Assembly (NCBI GenBank): GCA_964556925.1
Contig: CAZKXY010000003.1
Span: forward strand, 1 to 62,258
Direction of reading: 5' to 3'
Source of the DNA: an uncultured Planctomycetales bacterium
GTDB taxonomy: Bacteria > Omnitrophota > Gorgyraeia > Aquiviventales > Aquiviventaceae
Length of the DNA stretch: 62,258 nt
Shown: positions 37,508-46,902 of the stretch, one piece after another
How the letters are laid out: each line of letters starts with the position of its first letter
Numbering within the stretch: the first letter of the stretch is position 1
The notes under the pieces: model-generated
Databases searched by the model: none
Told to the model about the DNA's origin: nothing
The model's input: only the letters and a program-made list of their open reading frames with translations
Position numbers and translations under genes: made by a program

Positions 37508-38587
37508 CTAGCGGTAGCGCGACAGGCGCGGATCGGCCGCCAGTCGCGCGACGAGATCCCGCACCGCCTGGGCGGTGTCCGGCCGGCAGATGAGCGTCGC
37601 GGACGGCGTATGGACGATCACGAGATCGCGCACCCCGACGGCGGCCACGAGGTGGTTGGTGTGATCGACCACCGTCACGTTGCGGCTGTCGATCATCACC
37701 GTCCGGAACGAGGCCTGACCCAACCGCGCCCACGTGTCCCAGCTGCCCAGATCCGCCCAGGCGAATCGGCCTTCCACCACGACCCCGCCCTCGAGATGAT
37801 CCATCACGCCGTGGTCGAATGACACCGCCGCCAGCGCGCGATAGGCCCGCCGGGCCTGTGAGGAGAGCAGCTTCCCGTACGCGCGTCGGAGCCGCCCACC
37901 CAGCGGCACGAGCCGCCGGGTATGCTCCGGCAGCCATTCCGTCAGGCAGGACAGAAACATCTCCGCCGATCCGACAAACGTCCCGCTGTTCCAGAAGGTG
38001 CCCCGCTGCGCAAGCAGGCGCCTCGCCATCGCCGGGGACGGCTTCTCCACGAAGCGCGACAGTCGGTACACGCGCGCCGCGCCAAAGCCGGGCAGGCGCT
38101 GGCCGGTCAGGAGGTAGCCGAGGCCCGGATGCGGATGGGTGGGGCGGATGCCGATCGTCACGATGGTGTCCTCGCGTTGCGCGGCGCGGATGGCGGCGCG
38201 CAGGGCCTGTTGGAACGCCGCGTCATCGCCGACCCAGTGATCCGCCGGCACGACGACCATCAAGGCCTTGGGGTCGCGCACCGCCAGCGCGATGGCCGCC
38301 ACGGTGATGCAGGCGGCCGTGTTCCTGATCGTGGGCTCGACGAGCATCGATCGGCGCAGCGCCGGCGGCAGCACCCGCCGCACCGGTTTGGCCTGCTCCT
38401 TCGTCGTGACAATGAGCCATTTCGCCCCGGGCCATGCGGGCCGCAATCGCTGAATCGTCGCCGCCAGCAGGCTGCGCCGGCCGTCCGGCGCCAGGCAGAC
38501 CTTCGGCGTGCTGGCGCGCACCAGCGGCCAGAGCCGCTCGCCGCGGCCCCCGGCCATCACGACAAACGTCACCGAAGCGCCTGCCAT
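37508..38587 (-). CDS. manC: Mannose-1-phosphate guanylyltransferase
   Basis: MAGGRGERLWP, EP..RNTA, FVEKP, WNSG, W.DLGSW. Confidence 0.9.
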   Translation of the reverse strand: MAGASVTFVVMAGGRGERLWPLVRASTPKVCLAPDGRRSLLAATIQRLRPAWPGAKWLIVTTKEQAKPVRRVLPPALRRSMLVEPTIRNTAACITVAAIALAVRDPKALMVVVPADHWVGDDAAFQQALRAAIRAAQREDTIVTIGIRPTHPHPGLGYLLTGQRLPGFGAARVYRLSRFVEKPSPAMARRLLAQRGTFWNSGTFVGSAEMFLSCLTEWLPEHTRRLVPLGGRLRRAYGKLLSSQARRAYRALAAVSFDHGVMDHLEGGVVVEGRFAWADLGSWDTWARLGQASFRTVMIDSRNVTVVDHTNHLVAAVGVRDLVIVHTPSATLICRPDTAQAVRDLVARLAADPRLSRYR

Positions 38588-39399
38588 CAGAGCCCCTTCC
38601 TGAGGCGCGCGACGAACCCTGCGGCCGCCCGCACCGCATGCGGCGCGCGGCGCGCCGTGGCGATCACCTGGACCAGGGCGCTGCCGACGATCACGCCGTC
38701 CGCCAGACGCGCCACGCGCGCGGCCTGCGCCGGCGTGGAGATGCCGAAGCCCACGCAGATCGGCTTCGTCGTCACGACACGCAGCTGCCGGATGCCGTGC
38801 ACCAGCGTCGGGGGAAGCCGCCGCCGCGCGCCGGTGGTCCCGGTCACCGAGACATAATAGATGAAGCCCTGCGAGGCGCGCGCGATGAGCCGCAGCCGAT
38901 CCGGCGGGCTGGTCGGCGCGGCCAAGAACACGGTCGCCACGCCGGATGAGGCGGCCGCCGCCCGCAGCTCCGCCGCGGCCTCCACGGGCACATCCGGCGC
39001 GATGACGCCGCTGATGCCGCTTGCCGCAGCCGCCCGGAAGAAGGCCGAAAGCCCGCCTCCCCGCCGGCTGCCGCCAAACTGCAGCATCGGGTTCACGTAG
39101 GTCAGGCACAAGACCGGCACGCGCAACCGCGCGCGCACGGACGCGATGGCCGCCAGGATCGTGGGCGGCGTGGTCCCCCGCGCCAGCGCCTGGGCCGAGG
39201 CGCGTTGGATCGTGGGGCCGTCGGCCAGCGGATCCGAGAACGGAATCCCCACCTCGATGGCGTCCGCGCCGGCCTCCTGCAAGGCCACCAGCAGCGGGCC
39301 GGTCAGCGACGGCTGCGGAAATCCGCCCACGAGGAACGGGATGAGCGCCTTGCGCCGGGCGCGCCGCAGCGCGTCAAACGCGCGCGTGAGCCGATCCAT
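38587..39399 (-). CDS. trpA: Tryptophan synthase alpha
   Basis: [37 protein letters not shown]. Confidence 0.97.
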   Translation of the reverse strand: MDRLTRAFDALRRARRKALIPFLVGGFPQPSLTGPLLVALQEAGADAIEVGIPFSDPLADGPTIQRASAQALARGTTPPTILAAIASVRARLRVPVLCLTYVNPMLQFGGSRRGGGLSAFFRAAAASGISGVIAPDVPVEAAAELRAAAASSGVATVFLAAPTSPPDRLRLIARASQGFIYYVSVTGTTGARRRLPPTLVHGIRQLRVVTTKPICVGFGISTPAQAARVARLADGVIVGSALVQVIATARRAPHAVRAAAGFVARLRKGL

Positions 39400-40597
39400 C
39401 CTGCGAGAAGAGCCGCGCGGCGATCGTCTGCATGTCCTTGTCGCCCCGGCCGGAGAGGCCCACGATGACCAGCCTGCCCCGCGGAAGGCGCGGCGCGCGC
39501 TGCTGCAGCCACGCAATGGCGTGCGCCGGCTCCAGCGCCGGGATGATCCCCTCGGTGCGGGCCAACAGCGACGCGCCCTGCAACGCCGCCGCGTCGGTGA
39601 CCGCGACATACCGCGCGCGCCGGATCTGTTGGTAGTAGGCGTGCTCCGGCCCCACGCCGGGGTAATCCAACCCGGCGGAGATCGACTCCGTCGTGAGCAC
39701 CTGGCCGAAGCGGTCCTGCAACAGTAGGCTCTTGGCGCCGTGCAGCACGCCGGGCCGGCCTTTCATGAGGGTCGCCGCGTGGCGGCCCGGCGCCAGCGAC
39801 GTGCCGCCCGCCTCGACGCCGAGGAACGCCACGCGCCGATCACGCCGGAAGGGATGGAACAACCCAATGGCATTGGACCCGCCGCCGACGCAGGCCAGGA
39901 GCAGATCCGGCAGCCGGCCTTCGGCCTCGAGAATCTGCCGCCGGGCCTCCTCGCCGATGACCGCCTGAAAATCCCGCACGAGCATCGGGTAGGGGTGCGG
40001 GCCGACGACCGAGCCGATGCAGTAGTGGGTCGTCTCCACCGTCGTGACCCAGTTGCGGATCGCCTCGCTCGTCGCGTCCTTCAGCGTCTTGGTGCCGGAG
40101 GCCACCGGCGTCACCCGCGCGCCTAAGAGCTGCATCCGCACGACGTTGAGCGCCTGGCGCCGCATGTCCTCCTCGCCCATGAAGACCTCGCACGAGAGGC
40201 CGAACAGCGCCGCGACGGTCGCGGTGGCCACCCCGTGCTGCCCCGCGCCGGTCTCCGCGATGAGCCGCCGCTTGCCCATCCGCACCGCCAACAGCCCTTG
40301 GCCGAGCGTGTTGTTGATCTTGTGCGCGCCGGTATGGAGCAGATCCTCGCGCTTGAGGTAGATCCGCAGCCCGCCCAGGGCGTCGCCGAGGCGCGCGGCG
40401 CGGGAGAGGGGCGTGGACCGCCCGGCGTACTGGCGCAAGAGCCGGGCGAGCTCGCGGCGGAACCCGGGGTCGCGACGGGCCGTGGCATAGGCGCGCTCCA
40501 GCTCGCCGAGGGCGGCCATGACGGTCTCCGGGACGTACTGGCCCCCGAAGGGGCCGAAGTACCCGGCGGAATCAGGCAGGGTCTGTCGTCGGGGCAT
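39374..40597 (-). CDS. trpB: Tryptophan synthase beta
   Basis: [44 protein letters not shown]. Confidence 0.98.
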   Translation of the reverse strand: MPRRQTLPDSAGYFGPFGGQYVPETVMAALGELERAYATARRDPGFRRELARLLRQYAGRSTPLSRAARLGDALGGLRIYLKREDLLHTGAHKINNTLGQGLLAVRMGKRRLIAETGAGQHGVATATVAALFGLSCEVFMGEEDMRRQALNVVRMQLLGARVTPVASGTKTLKDATSEAIRNWVTTVETTHYCIGSVVGPHPYPMLVRDFQAVIGEEARRQILEAEGRLPDLLLACVGGGSNAIGLFHPFRRDRRVAFLGVEAGGTSLAPGRHAATLMKGRPGVLHGAKSLLLQDRFGQVLTTESISAGLDYPGVGPEHAYYQQIRRARYVAVTDAAALQGASLLARTEGIIPALEPAHAIAWLQQRAPRLPRGRLVIVGLSGRGDKDMQTIAARLFSQDGSAHARV

Positions 40598-40608
40598 GGG
40601 AAAGTTTT

Positions 40609-40637
40609 ATGGTAACCGAAATGGCGGGGGGTGTCAA
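40609..40637 (-). promoter_or_regulatory. Sigma70 promoter for trpBA, short leader
   Basis: TTGACA (40637-40632), 17 bp, TACCAT (40614-40609), 11 nt before ATG, no SD. Confidence 0.7.
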
Positions 40638-41629
40638 AATCTGAAGAGGCGGACCCGGCGGCCGAGGCCGAGGCGGCGCGCCCGTCGGACCGCTTCCGCC
40701 CCCACGGCGACGTCGTGGATGGCCAGGCCCGTCGAGTCGAACACGGTCAGCTCGTCGGCCGAGCGGCGGCCGCGCGCGCGGCCGATCAGGACGTCGCCGA
40801 GCTCCGCGTGGATGTCCCGCGGGCGGAACTGCCCGCGCCGGACGGGCACGTTGAGCTCGCCGCCGTGGATGGCCTGCGTCCGCTCATCCACGACGACGGT
40901 GGCCTCGCGCACGATGCGCCAATCCAGCTCCTGCTTGCCGGGCGCATCGGCGCCGATCGCGTTGAGATGCGCGCCCGGGGCGACCCACGCGCGCTTGACG
41001 AGCGGGCGACGCGAGGGCGTGACCGTCACCAACAGGTCCGCCTCACGCGCACAGGCCTCAATGGTCGCGCACGGCTGGAAGGTGACCCGCGGCAGCTGCC
41101 GGCGCATCCGCCGGCAAAACCGCGCGGCCTCTGGCCACCGCAGCCCCCACACCTTGACGCGGGTCAGGCGGAAGACCGCGGCCAGCGCCATCAGCTGCGC
41201 ATCCGCCTGCGCCCCGCAGCCGATGAGCCCGACGACGCGACTCTCCGGACGGGCCAGCGCCTGCGCCGCCACCGCGGCGGCTGCCGCGGTGCGCAGCTTG
41301 GTGATCCATACGCCATCCATCACCGCCAGGGGCACCCCGGTTGCCGGATCGTTGATGACGATGACCGCCATGACCGTCGGCAGGCCTTTGGCGCGGTTGC
41401 CAAGATGCACATTGACCCATTTCATCCCGCAGGCCGGCGGGCGGCGCAGGAAGGCGGGCATCGCGCGAAAGTCGTCGCCGCGTGGGAGGTTCAGGTAGAG
41501 CTTGGGCGGCATGAGCGCCTGGCCGCGCGCCATCGCCTCGAAGGCCTCGCGCACGACGCGGATCGCCGTGCGCATGTCGAGCACCCGCTCGATGTCCCGC
41601 TGCGTCAGCACCAGCGTCTCAGGGCTCAT
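40634..41629 (-). CDS. Ornithine cyclodeaminase / mu-crystallin family (alanine dehydrogenase-like)
   Basis: GDDFRAMPA, KWVNVH, LRTAAA, GCGAQA, FDSTGLAIHD. Confidence 0.9.
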   Translation of the reverse strand: MSPETLVLTQRDIERVLDMRTAIRVVREAFEAMARGQALMPPKLYLNLPRGDDFRAMPAFLRRPPACGMKWVNVHLGNRAKGLPTVMAVIVINDPATGVPLAVMDGVWITKLRTAAAAAVAAQALARPESRVVGLIGCGAQADAQLMALAAVFRLTRVKVWGLRWPEAARFCRRMRRQLPRVTFQPCATIEACAREADLLVTVTPSRRPLVKRAWVAPGAHLNAIGADAPGKQELDWRIVREATVVVDERTQAIHGGELNVPVRRGQFRPRDIHAELGDVLIGRARGRRSADELTVFDSTGLAIHDVAVGAEAVRRARRLGLGRRVRLFRF

Positions 41630-42714
41630 GCGCCGATGCGGAAGTGGATGACGTCGCCGTCCTTGACCACGTAGTCCTTCCCTTCCAGGCGCAGCAACCC
41701 CTGCGCACGGGCGGCGGCGTCGCTGCCGCAGCGCAGGAGGTCCTCCGCCGTGATGACTTCCGCGCGGATGAACTGCCGCTCGAAATCGGTGTGGATGGTG
41801 CCGGCGGCTTTGGGCGCGGTGGTGCCCTGCGGGACCGTCCACGCCTGGAGGATCTTCGAGGCGGTCGTGAAGAAGGTGACCAGGCGCAGCAGCGCGTAGC
41901 CCTGGCGGATGACCTGCGGCAGCGCCGAGTCCTCCGCCCCCAGCTCCCGCCGCATCGCCGCGCGATCGGACGGCTCAAGCTCGGCCAGCTCGGCTTCGAG
42001 CTTGGCGCAGACCACGACGAGCAAGGCGCCCTCGCGCGCCGCCAGCGCGCGCAGCGGCTCCACCAGCGCCGCCGCCTCGCCGGCCTGTTCCCCGACGTTG
42101 GCGACGTACAGGATCGGCTTGGCGCTCAAGAGGTCGACCCCGAACGCCCGGGGATGCGCGGCGGCCGCAAGCCCCAACGCCCGGATCGGCGTGCCGGCCG
42201 CCAGCGCGCCATGCCAGCGGTCCAGCTGCGCCATGAGCGCCGCGGCGGGCTTGTCGCCGCCCTTCGCCAGCTTGCGCTCCTTCTCCCGACGGCGCTCCAC
42301 GAGCTCCAAGTCCTTGAGCAGCAGCTCGGTCGTGACGATCTCGACGTCGCGCAGCGGATCCAGCGCGCCGGCCGGATGAGCCACGTTGGGGTCCTCGAAG
42401 GCGCGCACCACGTGCAGCAGCGCGTCCACCCCGAAGAGATGGCTGAGGAACTGGTTGCCCAGCCCCTCCCCCTCGTACGCCCCCTTCACCAGGCCGGCGA
42501 TGTCGATGAACTCGACGCTGGCCGGGATGACCCGCTCCGGCGACAGCCGCGACGCCAGCGCCGTCAGGCGCGGGTCGTCGACGGGGGCGACGCCCACATT
42601 GGGATCCACCGTGGTGAACGGATACGGGGCGATGGCCGCATGCCCGGCGGTCAGCGCGTTAAACAGGGAGGATTTGCCGGCGTTTGGCAGGCCGACAAGG
42701 CCGAGCTTCGTCAT
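41626..42714 (-). CDS. ychF: Redox-regulated ATPase YchF
   Basis: GLPNAGKSSLFN, YPFTT, DIAGLV, GLGNQFL, EGKDYVVKDGD. Confidence 0.97.
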   Translation of the reverse strand: MTKLGLVGLPNAGKSSLFNALTAGHAAIAPYPFTTVDPNVGVAPVDDPRLTALASRLSPERVIPASVEFIDIAGLVKGAYEGEGLGNQFLSHLFGVDALLHVVRAFEDPNVAHPAGALDPLRDVEIVTTELLLKDLELVERRREKERKLAKGGDKPAAALMAQLDRWHGALAAGTPIRALGLAAAAHPRAFGVDLLSAKPILYVANVGEQAGEAAALVEPLRALAAREGALLVVVCAKLEAELAELEPSDRAAMRRELGAEDSALPQVIRQGYALLRLVTFFTTASKILQAWTVPQGTTAPKAAGTIHTDFERQFIRAEVITAEDLLRCGSDAAARAQGLLRLEGKDYVVKDGDVIHFRIGA

Positions 42715-42737
42715 GCGGCAGCGGCGGGCGCAGCGGG

Positions 42738-42794
42738 GGGGACACTGCTATTTTTCGCATTGGGCTGACGGCTGTGAAAAATAGCAGTGTCCCC
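42738..42794. repeat. Family F inverted repeat F1 (19-bp perfect arms)
   Basis: GGGGACACTGCTATTTTTC...GAAAAATAGCAGTGTCCCC. Confidence 0.85.
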
Positions 42795-42799
42795 GACGA

Positions 42800-43222
42800 T
42801 TATTTTCGCAAGAACCATAGACCAGACATAATGAGGAGCACGCCCAGCACCCGCGAGCCGTTCAGCGGCTCGCGCAGCAGCCACCAGCCCAACAGCGCGC
42901 TGATGAGCGGGTAGGCGCCGGCCACCGGGGTGACCTGCGAGACCACGCCGGATCTCAGCGCATGGTAGAACGCCCACTGCCCCACGAAGCTCGCCAGCAA
43001 CCCCCCGCCGGCCAGCAGCAGATAGGAGGAGAGCGGCAGGGTCCGCAGCGCGGCCCACGGCGACGTGAAGAGGCTGACGAGCACGAGGCCGATCAGCACC
43101 CCCACGCTGCGGACGACCACCCCGACGGTGGGCGACACCGCGTTCCCCAGCCCGACCTTTTCGATCAAGGGCACTATCCCCCAGATGCCGGCGGTCAGCA
43201 GGGCCCAGAGAAACGCGGTCAT
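42800..43222 (-). CDS. EamA/DMT-family small membrane protein
   Basis: Five hydrophobic segments, VSQVTPV, LLREP, RVLGVLLI. Confidence 0.85.
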   Translation of the reverse strand: MTAFLWALLTAGIWGIVPLIEKVGLGNAVSPTVGVVVRSVGVLIGLVLVSLFTSPWAALRTLPLSSYLLLAGGGLLASFVGQWAFYHALRSGVVSQVTPVAGAYPLISALLGWWLLREPLNGSRVLGVLLIMSGLWFLRK

Positions 43223-43233
43223 GTCGAGTCTCC

Positions 43234-43965
43234 TCAGTGCTGACGAAACTGCTGCCAGAGGCGGCGGAACCGCGCCTCGTAGAGCACGTGGTACAGCGCT
43301 TGTTTCTCCGGAAACGCGCGCGCCACGGCCTCCCGCAGCGCCTGCTGCTGGATCTCGATGTCGATCAGCGGCACCTCGCCGCAGACGATCATCTCGCAGA
43401 TCCGGTCCGCCTGCCGCTGCAGCGCCCTGACGGCCTCGTCTTCCTGACAGAGCGCGGTCAGCCGCGCGAGCAGCTCCTCCTGTACGGCGTCGCGGTTCGC
43501 CGGGGAGAGCGGAATCAGCTCGACGTCCTTCCGGTGCTTCAGCGCGTCCAGCACCGGCAGCGGGCTGACGCCGGCCGTGGCCACGATCGACGGGCCCCGA
43601 TCGAACGCCTCCTGCACCGCCTCGGCCAAGCGGCTCGAGCAAAACTCCATCTTGCCCAGCTCGTCAAGGAAGAGGATGAGCGCGTGCCGCACGCCCCGCT
43701 GGATCACCGGGATGGCGACGTCCTCCAGCACCGAGACGTTCACGCGATAGGGCCCCACCCGCGGACCCTGCTCCATCCGCCGGTGCGCCAACAAGACCTG
43801 CCGGCCGTCCAGCGGGCTGAGCCAGAACCCCACGCGCTGTTCCTGCTCCCGGCATTCCTCCGTCACGAAGCCGTCAACGGGAAACGGGCGCAGGGCCTGG
43901 GCGAGCCCCTGGATGAGCGTCGTCTTGCCCGTCCCGGGGCGGCCGACGATCATGAGGTGCTTCAT
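43234..43965 (-). CDS. THEP1-like NTPase with extra C-terminal helical domain
   Basis: GRPGTGKTT, GF.TEE.RE, VGPY.V, LDELGKME. Confidence 0.88.
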   Translation of the reverse strand: MKHLMIVGRPGTGKTTLIQGLAQALRPFPVDGFVTEECREQEQRVGFWLSPLDGRQVLLAHRRMEQGPRVGPYRVNVSVLEDVAIPVIQRGVRHALILFLDELGKMEFCSSRLAEAVQEAFDRGPSIVATAGVSPLPVLDALKHRKDVELIPLSPANRDAVQEELLARLTALCQEDEAVRALQRQADRICEMIVCGEVPLIDIEIQQQALREAVARAFPEKQALYHVLYEARFRRLWQQFRQH

Positions 43966-44105
43966 CCCACTACCTGCCAGTGTCCCGCCCCACCAAGGGC
44001 GGGGCGGGACGGCCAGCTCCCATAGGTATCCGCGGCGCCGCTGGCCCGGCGGCGCCTCGATGCGGAGGGGCGGCACGCGCCGCCTCCGGCAGGTGGTGGG
44101 GTCAT
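43962..44105. repeat. Family A element A8 (136 bp between two ATGA)
   Basis: ATGA-CCCCACCACCTGCCGG...GCAGGTAGTGGG-ATGA at the NTPase start. Confidence 0.9.
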
Positions 44106-44111
44106 CCCCGC

Positions 44112-44531
44112 CTAGCTGAGGGGCAGCCGCTCGCGTCTGCCCTGCTGGAAGTAGCCCAACGGCGGCAGGAGGGGCGCGAAGCCCTCGGGATACGGCAGGA
44201 AGAACGTCACCGTCTCGTAGAGGCCGATGCCGGTGCGCACCAGGCCTTTGAGGATGCCGATCCCCAGGCCCGTAAAAAATCCGGTTCCCACATCGTCCGG
44301 CGTGTACCGCTCGTGGATCGTCTCCGGGATCTCCAACCACCCGAACAGCGTGTTCGCCGCGCCCCGCCCCAACTTCGTGAATGCCGGCTGCAGGTGGTAG
44401 CGCCCGATGACCTGTTCGGTGGGATCCCCTGTGGGGGCCGTCCCGCCCGGCTCCTCGCCCCACCCCCCTGGCACGCTGATCCCCGTCGCCAGGATCCCGC
44501 TCAGGACCCACCGCGCCATCCCTCCTCGCAT
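44112..44531 (-). CDS. Secreted protein resembling the exosortase-associated TIGR04073 family; start 44531 or 44519
   Basis: KLGRG.AN.LFGWLEIP, G.YETVTFFLP pattern (recalled resemblance). Confidence 0.7.
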   Translation of the reverse strand: MRGGMARWVLSGILATGISVPGGWGEEPGGTAPTGDPTEQVIGRYHLQPAFTKLGRGAANTLFGWLEIPETIHERYTPDDVGTGFFTGLGIGILKGLVRTGIGLYETVTFFLPYPEGFAPLLPPLGYFQQGRRERLPLS

Positions 44532-44532
44532 G

Positions 44533-45270
44533 TCAGGCCTCCTTGCGTTGGCGTCGCGTGCGTGGCGTGGCTCGCTGAGGCATGAGGCCAGCCGCGCGCA
44601 AACTGATAATCCCATCGGTGCCGATGATGACATGATCGAGCACCTCGATGCCGAGTATGGCGCCGGCCTCCGCCAGCCGGGCCGTCAAGACGAGATCGTG
44701 CTCCGATGGCTCCGGATCGCCGGAGGGATGGTTGTGGACGAGGATGACCGCGGCCGCCGACGCGGCGATCGCCTCGTGGAACACCTCGCGGGGATGGACG
44801 ACGCTGGCGGAGAGGCTGCCGACGGCGATCGGGCTTTCGCGGATGAGCCGATGCCGGGCGTCTAGCAGGAGGGCGACCACGTGCTCCTTCTGCTTATCGA
44901 GGAGGTGCGGCCGGACCAGGGCCGCGACCGCGTCCGGCGTGTCGACGGGGGGGCGACGGCCGTTGTGACGGGAGGGCAGGCTCAAGCGCCTGGCCAGCTC
45001 TGTCGCCGCCTTAAGCTGCGCCGCTTTGGCCGGCCCGAAGCCGTGGACCGCCGCGAGCTGCTCCACGGAGGCCTGCGCGATGCCCTGAAGGGTGCCGAAG
45101 GCCGCCAGCAGCCGCCGCGCGCTGATGAGCACGGACTCGCCGGCGACGCCGCGGCCGAGCACGCAGGCGAGCAGTTCCTGCTCGGAGAGCGCCTCGGTCC
45201 CGAGGCGGGCGAGCCGCTCGCGCGGCCGATCGGCAAGCGGCAGATCACGGACAGTCAAGCTGGGAGGCAT
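44533..45270 (-). CDS. radC: RadC / JAB domain protein
   Basis: RPRERL, VHPREVF, HNHPSGDPEPS, EVLDHVII. Confidence 0.96.
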   Translation of the reverse strand: MPPSLTVRDLPLADRPRERLARLGTEALSEQELLACVLGRGVAGESVLISARRLLAAFGTLQGIAQASVEQLAAVHGFGPAKAAQLKAATELARRLSLPSRHNGRRPPVDTPDAVAALVRPHLLDKQKEHVVALLLDARHRLIRESPIAVGSLSASVVHPREVFHEAIAASAAAVILVHNHPSGDPEPSEHDLVLTARLAEAGAILGIEVLDHVIIGTDGIISLRAAGLMPQRATPRTRRQRKEA

Positions 45271-45280
45271 AGATTCCGGT

Positions 45281-45310
45281 ATCTTAGCACAAGGAGGGCT
45301 CGCTCACCAA
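45281..45310 (-). promoter_or_regulatory. Possible extended -10 promoter for radC
   Basis: TG-C-TAAGAT (hexamer 45286-45281), 10 nt before ATG; weak -35. Confidence 0.45.
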
Positions 45311-45332
45311 CGTCGAGCCAGTGTACAAATGA

Positions 45333-45389
45333 GGGGACGCTTCTATTTTTTCCAACCGGATCTGTGCGGGAAAACATAGAAGTGTCCCC
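45333..45389. repeat. Family F inverted repeat F2, overlapping the dinB 3' end
   Basis: GGGGACGCTTCTATTTTTTCC...GGAAAACATAGAAGTGTCCCC. Confidence 0.75.
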
Positions 45390-45665
45390 GGGACTGTCGT
45401 TGCCACAGTCGCGTGGCGCGCACGAGCGCGGCGTCCCCGAACCGGTCGGTGATCCGGTCGCAGGCGCGCACGAGCCGCTCGTGCCGCGCCACCTCGGGCA
45501 GCCACCACGCCTGCCGCTCGGCGTAGGACAGTCCGGAGACCGCGATTCCCAGCATCCGGATCGGCTGGGCGAGCGGCGTCGCCGCGAGGATCCGGCAGCC
45601 GACGGAGTAGAGGTCCTCGCCATCGTCCAGGAATCGATCCAGGGTCCGCGCGCGGGACCAGGTCG

Positions 45666-45717
45666 TGAACCCCGCCCCACGGGATGTCGAGGTAGGCAGG
45701 CCGTGGGGCGGGGTGAA
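45666..45717. repeat. 44-bp palindromic insertion with 4-bp duplication, in frame in dinB
   Basis: TGAA-CCCCGCCCCACGG-N18-CCGTGGGGCGGGG-TGAA; removing 48 bp restores DFTTWSRART. Confidence 0.85.
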
Positions 45718-46461
45718 GTCGCGCGCGCGCAGCGTGAGGGTGACGGTCCGGCCCGACGCGCCGGCCAGGCGCAGGCGGCGGCCGACTTTCTCCGCCAGCT
45801 CCAGCAGCACCGCCCGCAGCCGCGCCGGATCGCCGGTATCGTGGGCGAGCGTGTGCAGGTGCCCCATCGATTTCGGCAACGGCAGGTGCTCCGCCCGCAC
45901 CACCGGCGCCTCATCCATCCCCCGCGCCAGCCGCCACAGATGCGCGCCCGCGCCAGCTCGCCGCAGGCCGCGATCCCCACGGCGTTGAGCGCCGCCTGAA
46001 ACGCCGGCCCGATCCCGCACAGCTCCTCGACGGGCAAGTCCGCGAGCACGACCGGCACCTGCGCGGCGGTGATCTGCATCAGGCCGTTCGGCTTCTGTCG
46101 CGAGGACGCCAGCTTGGCGATGAGCTTGTTCGGCCCGATCCCGATGGAGCACGAAAGGCCCAGTTCGCGCCGCACGGCGCGCTGCAACGTGGTCGCCACC
46201 GCCCTCGGCCCGCCGAACCGCGCGGCCGTGTCGGTCAGGTCGGCAAACGCCTCATCGATGGACACGCACTCGACGTCCGGCGTGTACTGCTCTATCCGGG
46301 CCGCGACTCGGCGGAAGAGCTGCGCGTACTGCTCCGGGTTGCCTTCGACGAGAATCGCGTGCGGACAGCGGGCGAGCGCTTCCTGCAGCGGCATGCCCGT
46401 GGTCACCCCAAAGGCGCGGGCCTCGTAGGAGGCGGTGGCCGCAACGGTGCGCGCCTGCCGG

Positions 46462-46515
46462 CCTGCCTGCGCCGCGCAATGACCTGTCCGGCCAGTCCTC
46501 GGCGCGGCAGGCAGG
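46462..46515. repeat. 54-bp palindromic in-frame insertion in dinB
   Basis: CCTGCCTG...CAGGCAGG termini; removal gives IVCGNRQARTV. Confidence 0.8.
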
Positions 46516-46621
46516 TTGCCGCAGACGATGACGGGTTTGCCCCGCAGCCAGGGGTTGGCCTGCTGCTCGACGCTCGCAAAGAAGGCATCCATGTCGAGAT
46601 GGAGGATGACGCGCTCCATGC

Positions 46622-46882
46622 TCAGCCCTCCAGCGCCAGGCGCGTGAGCTGCCAGCGCAGGCTGCGCGGCTCAAAGCGCAGCTCGTAGGCCGCCTCGCCG
46701 TCGGTCAGCGCAAAGCAGCGGCGCACCAGCTGCCCGTCCCGTTCGGTCCAGACGCAGGTCACCTGGCGCACAGGCCGCCGCCGGCCTTGCCACACGAAGG
46801 CCATCGGCCGCATCCCGCGCGGCGTAAAGCGCGCCTCCACCTCGACGACCTCTTCGATCCACTCGACCTGCGTGACGGTCAT
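46622..46882 (-). CDS. Small protein of the type often found next to dinB (DUF6504-like)
   Basis: P..F.WQGRR..V..V...W, F..TDG...YEL.F....W.L pattern (recalled resemblance). Confidence 0.75.
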   Translation of the reverse strand: MTVTQVEWIEEVVEVEARFTPRGMRPMAFVWQGRRRPVRQVTCVWTERDGQLVRRCFALTDGEAAYELRFEPRSLRWQLTRLALEG

Positions 46883-46902
46883 CTGGCCAAGCCCTCTTCC
46901 TC

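Larger units (their letters stand above)
45343..46619 (-). pseudogene. dinB: DNA polymerase IV, frameshifted near 45945 (or assembly error)
   Basis: LHLDMDAFFASVEQ, ASYEAR, SIDEAF, KLIAKLAS in one frame; HLWRLARGMD and the little-finger domain in another. Confidence 0.85.

Noticed and set aside
39051-39078. Gly/Arg-rich extra residues (GSRRGGG) in TrpA as a repeat insertion
   Set aside because: No clear inverted repeat or duplication; may be ordinary loop variation.
45255-46152. Programmed frameshift or two-gene split of dinB
   Set aside because: No slippery run at the junction, and conserved residues appear missing, which favours deletion or assembly error.
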